Assembly (NCBI GenBank): GCA_050251945.1 | Contig: JBFWLW010000005.1 | Span: forward strand, 170,068-234,067 | Source of the DNA: Deferribacterales bacterium | GTDB lineage: Bacteria; Chrysiogenota; Deferribacteres; Deferribacterales; Geovibrionaceae | Length of the DNA: 64,000 bases | Reading direction: 5' to 3' | Shown: positions 59,833-64,000 of the stretch, piece after piece | Numbering within the stretch: position 1 is the stretch's first letter | Layout: the number at the start of each line of letters is the position of its first letter | Notes under the pieces: generated by a model | What the model was told of the DNA's origin: nothing | The model's database searches: none | The model's input: only the letters and a program-made list of their open reading frames with translations | Translations under genes and position numbers: made by a program

Positions 59833-60408
59833 GTGAAAGATACGGCAATTATCGAAAAAGTGCTGGATGGCGATTCACAGGCGTTTGAAATGTTGATACT
59901 CAAGTATCAGTCGAAACTTTTCGCCACCTCGATGAACGTGGTGAAAAACAGAGAGCTGGCAGAGGATATCGTTCAGGAAGCTTTCATGAAAGCTTTTATG
60001 AAGCTTGATTCTCTGAAGAACAGGGAACAGTTCTATCCGTGGCTTAAACGCATCGCCCTCAATATCGCCCTTAACCATTTTGAAAAAGAGAAAAGGGTGA
60101 TGGATGTCGAGACTGAAGACGACGAAACGAGCTTCTTCGAGAACATCGGCAGCGGCGAAAGCCCTGAGGAACTTACTCTGAAAGAGGAACTTCACAGATA
60201 TGTGAGAAGCTATGTGGATTCCCTTCCCGACAAACTTCGTGTGGTCATCGTTCTTCGCGAGGTCGAAGACATGAGCTATGAAGAGATTGCCGAGATGATG
60301 AACATACCGCTGGGAACTGTCCGCAGCAGGCTGTTCAACGCCAGACAGATTATAAAAGACAGACTCATCAATCAGGGGTTGGCAGATGGAATGTACCAAA
60401 TTTCATAA
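59833..60408 (+). CDS. rpoE: ECF RNA polymerase sigma factor (RpoE/AlgU-like)
   Basis: Motifs AEDIVQEAF, WLKRIALN and SYEEIAEMMNIPLGTVRSRL. GTG start after GGAGG. Confidence 0.9.
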   Translation: MKDTAIIEKVLDGDSQAFEMLILKYQSKLFATSMNVVKNRELAEDIVQEAFMKAFMKLDSLKNREQFYPWLKRIALNIALNHFEKEKRVMDVETEDDETSFFENIGSGESPEELTLKEELHRYVRSYVDSLPDKLRVVIVLREVEDMSYEEIAEMMNIPLGTVRSRLFNARQIIKDRLINQGLADGMYQIS

Positions 60409-60832
60409 ACTGATTTCATCATACATAGACGAAGAAGCCTCTTCTCTTGAAAGACAGGCGGTCGAAAGACACGTTGCGGCTTGTCCCGCTTGCCGCTCTG
60501 AGCTTACGAACGAACTTCGCCTTAAAGACATGGTGAAACTCTCATATGAAAGAACTGCGGAAATTGACCTTTCAAAGAACATTATGGCTATGATCGCGCC
60601 GAAAGCCGAAAAGCCTGTTCTGAAAAAAGGTTCCTATTATAAAAAATTCTCTGTTTTTGCGGCGGCGGTTGCGGCTCTTTTTGTTCTGGCTTTTGCGGCT
60701 ATCATGACCATGGGTAATGAAGAGACTCAGGTTGCTGGCAATGAAAAGCTTGAAGAATATGTTATTGAGCATGTGGGCGCGGGTGTCGCAGATTTCAACG
60801 GGACACTTGCCACTGTAAACTATAAAAAATGA
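60386..60832 (+). CDS. zinc-finger (ZAS) anti-sigma factor, one TM
   Basis: HVAACPAC (HxxxCxxC) motif and a TM helix. Confidence 0.88.
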   Translation: MECTKFHKLISSYIDEEASSLERQAVERHVAACPACRSELTNELRLKDMVKLSYERTAEIDLSKNIMAMIAPKAEKPVLKKGSYYKKFSVFAAAVAALFVLAFAAIMTMGNEETQVAGNEKLEEYVIEHVGAGVADFNGTLATVNYKK

Positions 60833-61539
60833 TCAAATTTTTCCTGTTTTTCGGTATTTTGATCTTTTCCTTCGATGTTTACGCCGCCGAACAGGTTTAT
60901 TTTAAAGTGGCAGTGGACAACAGCACCTATACCGCCTTTATGGGCGGAAAAGCCGGGCTGGACAACACCACTCTGAACTATCTTGCATCAAAGATGCGGA
61001 ACCAGCAGTTTAAATTAAGCGATATTGACAGGGCATATTATGATATAGCCCAGCCGGTATCAATGCGTTTTGCGGGCAGAGACGTTCTGCAGTACGATCT
61101 GAAGCCTAAAAACGGCGACAGGTTCAGGCATATGCTGATGGTGGATTCCACAAACGAGATAGTTCATAAAGATGTGTACGACCCGTCGGGAAAGCTGGTG
61201 TATTCGTTCACCATTCTTGAGCCGGAGAACTCTTCCGCAAAACCGGTTACAACGGGAGAGGGTCTGGACAAAACAGGACGCTGTTTTCTGGGGTTCTGTG
61301 TTGTCGGCAAAAGGATGCTTAAAGACGGAACATCCCACATAATGCTTTCAGACGGAATAAACAAATTTTCAATATTCAGAAAGAGAGTTTCAGGTGAGGT
61401 TCCTGCCAGCAAAAAGATCGTTTACGGTAACTATGTCATGCGCAGAAAACTTGGCGATGAGCTGTTTACAGTTGTCGGAACGATTCCTTACAATGCTATG
61501 CAGACCATGATTGAAAACTACTCAAAACTGGAGGAATAG
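60829..61539 (+). CDS. RseB/MucB-like periplasmic regulator
   Basis: Signal peptide and FAGR...LKPKNGDRF and LSDGINKFSIF motifs. Position between the anti-sigma and degP. Confidence 0.65.
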   Translation: MIKFFLFFGILIFSFDVYAAEQVYFKVAVDNSTYTAFMGGKAGLDNTTLNYLASKMRNQQFKLSDIDRAYYDIAQPVSMRFAGRDVLQYDLKPKNGDRFRHMLMVDSTNEIVHKDVYDPSGKLVYSFTILEPENSSAKPVTTGEGLDKTGRCFLGFCVVGKRMLKDGTSHIMLSDGINKFSIFRKRVSGEVPASKKIVYGNYVMRRKLGDELFTVVGTIPYNAMQTMIENYSKLEE

Positions 61540-61540
61540 T

Positions 61541-62896
61541 ATGAAAAAATTCCTGGTACTGACCTTATTTATTATTTCAACGGTAACTGCCTTTGCTGCA
61601 GGCACACCGGAGTCGTTCTCCGGCGTTTACAAATCCACAAAAGATGCGGTGGTGAACATTTCCACCACAAAGGTGATGAAAAGATCCGCCCACCCGACTA
61701 TCAACGACGACGTATTCAGAAGATTTTTCGGTGACGACTTCGGCAACATGATGCCCAGCGTTCCGAAAGAGTACAAGACAACTTCACTCGGTTCAGGTTT
61801 CATAATTGAAAACAACGGACTCATAGTTACGAACAACCACGTTATTGAAGGAGCAAGCGAGATAATCGTTAAGCTCAACGACGAACATAAATTTCCCGCA
61901 AAGGTAGTTGGCAGAGACCCGCTGACAGACCTTGCGCTTATCAAAATAGACCCGGGCAGCGTTAAGCTTTCGTCTCTCCCGCTTGGCGATTCCAACAAGG
62001 CGGAGGTCGGCGATTGGGTTATAGCCATAGGCAACCCCCTCGGACTTGAGTGGACTGTGACCGCGGGCATAATCAGTGCGAAAGGAAGAGAACTCGGCAG
62101 CAGCCCTTATGACAACTTTATGCAGACGGACGCATCAATTAACCCCGGAAACTCCGGAGGTCCCCTGATAAATATGGACGGTCAGGTTGTGGCTATCAAC
62201 ACTGCAATCATCCCTTCCGGTCAGGGTCTTGGCTTTGCCGTTCCGGTCAATATGCTGAAAGAACTGCTTCCGAAGCTGAAACAAGGCTCTGTTAAGAGAG
62301 GCTGGCTCGGTGTTTCCATTCAGCCAATTGACGACAAACTTGCCAAAGGTTTCGGAATGAAAGATGCCAAAGGCGCTCTGATTGCCGACGTTACAAAAGA
62401 CGACCCTGCGGACAAAGCCGGTGTTAAGGCAGGCGACGTTATCCTTAAGGTCAACGGTCAGCTGATAACAGATTCCAAAGACCTTGTTACGCTGATAGGC
62501 TCATACAGTCCCGGACAAACTGTGACGCTTGATATTCTGCGCAACAAAAAAGAACTTAAGATACCCGTTAAGCTCGGCACCAGAAAAGGTGAAAGCGAAG
62601 AGAGTGATTCAGCAGTGACACCCGGCGCAACAATCTCTGTCGCACCTCTCAACAGCGGCGAACTGGCAAAACTGAACCTGAAATACGGTGTTAAAGTTCT
62701 CAACGTTGACGAGAAGAACAACGCCTATGAAGCCGGATTGAGACCCGGAATGATAATTCTCACCATCAACCGCGAACAGGTGAGAACAGCGGCGGAATTT
62801 ACCGCTAAATACAATAAAATACCTAAAGGCAGCGTAGTTGTGTTCCAGATATATGCATCAGGAAGAAGCAACTTCATAGCCTTCGATAAAGAATAA
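61541..62896 (+). CDS. degP: DegP/MucD-family periplasmic serine protease with two PDZ domains
   Basis: Motifs LGSGFII, TNNHV and TDASINPGNSGGP. Confidence 0.93.
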   Translation: MKKFLVLTLFIISTVTAFAAGTPESFSGVYKSTKDAVVNISTTKVMKRSAHPTINDDVFRRFFGDDFGNMMPSVPKEYKTTSLGSGFIIENNGLIVTNNHVIEGASEIIVKLNDEHKFPAKVVGRDPLTDLALIKIDPGSVKLSSLPLGDSNKAEVGDWVIAIGNPLGLEWTVTAGIISAKGRELGSSPYDNFMQTDASINPGNSGGPLINMDGQVVAINTAIIPSGQGLGFAVPVNMLKELLPKLKQGSVKRGWLGVSIQPIDDKLAKGFGMKDAKGALIADVTKDDPADKAGVKAGDVILKVNGQLITDSKDLVTLIGSYSPGQTVTLDILRNKKELKIPVKLGTRKGESEESDSAVTPGATISVAPLNSGELAKLNLKYGVKVLNVDEKNNAYEAGLRPGMIILTINREQVRTAAEFTAKYNKIPKGSVVVFQIYASGRSNFIAFDKE

Positions 62897-62908
62897 TTTC
62901 AGTAAACG

Positions 62909-62942
62909 AAAGAGGCGCACCCGAAAGGATGCGCCTCTTTTA
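62909..62942 (+). terminator. intrinsic terminator after degP
   Basis: AAAGAGGCGCA-CCCGAAAGGA-TGCGCCTCTTT stem followed by Ts. Confidence 0.85.
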
Positions 62943-63021
62943 TCTAAAAAACACATCCTTTATTCATTTTTATCTAATATAAACAGATTTACACTCAAAA
63001 ATCTCCTGTCATAATTTTTTT

Positions 63022-63453
63022 ATGGATAATTACGGAACAAGACTTAAAGCAATTTTGAATGTCAAAGGCATCAAACAGGTTGAGCTTGCCGAGGCGGTCG
63101 GCAGCAACCCGAAGAACATCAGTAGTTACATTGCCGGCAGGTCGGAACCAGCTCTTGATATGGCAAATAGAATAGCTAAATACCTTGATGTGCCTATTGA
63201 TTATTTTTTGGGGAACATCAATCTTGAAAAAGCTTTTGGAAAAAAAGACCCCATGATTGCTCTTGCAGGAGTAAAGGAATATTTATCTGATGATATTTAC
63301 GAAATTGTTGAGCTGTTTGTTATGCTTAAAGATAATGACATCGGCAGAATCTTTGAAATAATAAAAAAACTGAGTCCGAACAGTATAAGAGAGGTTATGA
63401 AACAGGCTGAAAAAGAGCTTGTATTTGATTCCATACATAAATCTGATGAATAA
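63022..63453 (+). CDS. XRE-family HTH transcriptional regulator
   Basis: RLKAIL...KQVELAEAVG...ISSYIAGRSEP...IAKYLDVPIDYFLG. Confidence 0.88.
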   Translation: MDNYGTRLKAILNVKGIKQVELAEAVGSNPKNISSYIAGRSEPALDMANRIAKYLDVPIDYFLGNINLEKAFGKKDPMIALAGVKEYLSDDIYEIVELFVMLKDNDIGRIFEIIKKLSPNSIREVMKQAEKELVFDSIHKSDE

Positions 63454-63583
63454 TTTATTTTTGTTTATATCATCATAAGTCTTATTAAATTAGATTTTAT
63501 CTTGTAAATCTAATTATTGTAGCCTATAACATCCGTGTATCGAAAAAGCTGGGTACTACTTATGTATCCCGTGCGGGTGTTAT

Positions 63584-63878
63584 ATGAAAATTGGTATTTT
63601 TAAGGCGTTTTTGATTTTTATATTATCGTTTCCTGTTTACTTGTGCTTCATCAATATCCTTTATTCTCACGATGCCGCCTATATCGGCTTCTTCCTGAAA
63701 AGTCTAAGCGTTTCAGCGATATTATTTTTACCTGTTTTGTTTTTAAGACATTATCAGAAAAGCTATTTAGTCGTGGTGACCGTTTGTATGTATTTTGCCT
63801 CGTTGTTGAATATCGTCCACACGATTATCTACAAAAGTGAGCTTACAAGTAATGGGGTGTATGCTCTGCTGGACACTA
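63584..63878 (+). pseudogene. 5' fragment of a membrane protein (probable EptA/CptA-type phosphoethanolamine transferase) interrupted by an IS
   Basis: Three TM segments, then YKSELTSNGVYALLDT, reminiscent of the 'Y...ETN..EA.E' periplasmic helix. The sequence switches into an IS end at TA 63877-63878. Confidence 0.55.
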
Positions 63879-64000
63879 GAGCGTTTCACGAAATTTATGT
63901 CGTATATCCGGCATGCTTAAACCATCCATATAAATCAGAGTAAGTCACTTTTTCGAGAGCTTTTCCGATGGCATTGCATAGTTCGTCTTTAGTTCTTGCT
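63877..64000 (-). mobile_element. IS630-family insertion sequence, right end and transposase C-terminus (runs off the window)
   Basis: Minus strand 63999-63895 reads ARTKDELCNAIGKALEKVTYSDLYGWFKHAGYTT*, typical of IS630 transposase C-termini. End sequence TAGAGCGTTTCACGAAAT at a TA. Confidence 0.85.

Overview
This is 64 kb of a mostly core chromosomal region from a Gram-negative, anaerobic or microaerophilic bacterium. Gene content and order suggest Deferribacterales (inference only). In order, it contains: a tetR-acrAB efflux operon; a hybrid histidine kinase and a PAS/GGDEF protein; a permease-less 'SBP-like + HypB/UreG GTPase + ABC ATPase' operon; a cobalamin-riboswitch-led class III ribonucleotide reductase operon; dgt and a TPR protein; zapBA-6S RNA-rarA-5FCL-rny-ymdB-nadA; rpiB, a dCMP deaminase and rnfCDGEAB; cbiDEFGHJ; pyrFE; a long operon from a PilZ gene through rlmN, bcp, xseB, ispA, dxs, tlyA, nadK, recN and dedA to an M23 peptidase; LPS glycosyltransferases; class II nrdJ; Rrf2; tRNA-Gln; proBA-nadD-rsfS-trmL-mqnA; vapBC; and rpoE-anti-sigma-rseB-degP. 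At the right edge is an AT-rich segment in which an IS630 end interrupts a probable phosphoethanolamine-transferase gene. The most notable feature is a split class III RNR. NrdD stops after its Zn site, and the glycyl-radical motif (YSRVVGY) is on a separate 55-aa ORF (14443-14610) that is missing from the supplied ORF track. Both polypeptides carry added heptad-repeat helices that could dock them together. Also found: a REP-like palindromic repeat family (about 11 units at 6 intergenic loci), one cluster of which sits in a MITE-like element flanked by a duplicated hairpin, and an unannotated 35-aa membrane peptide.
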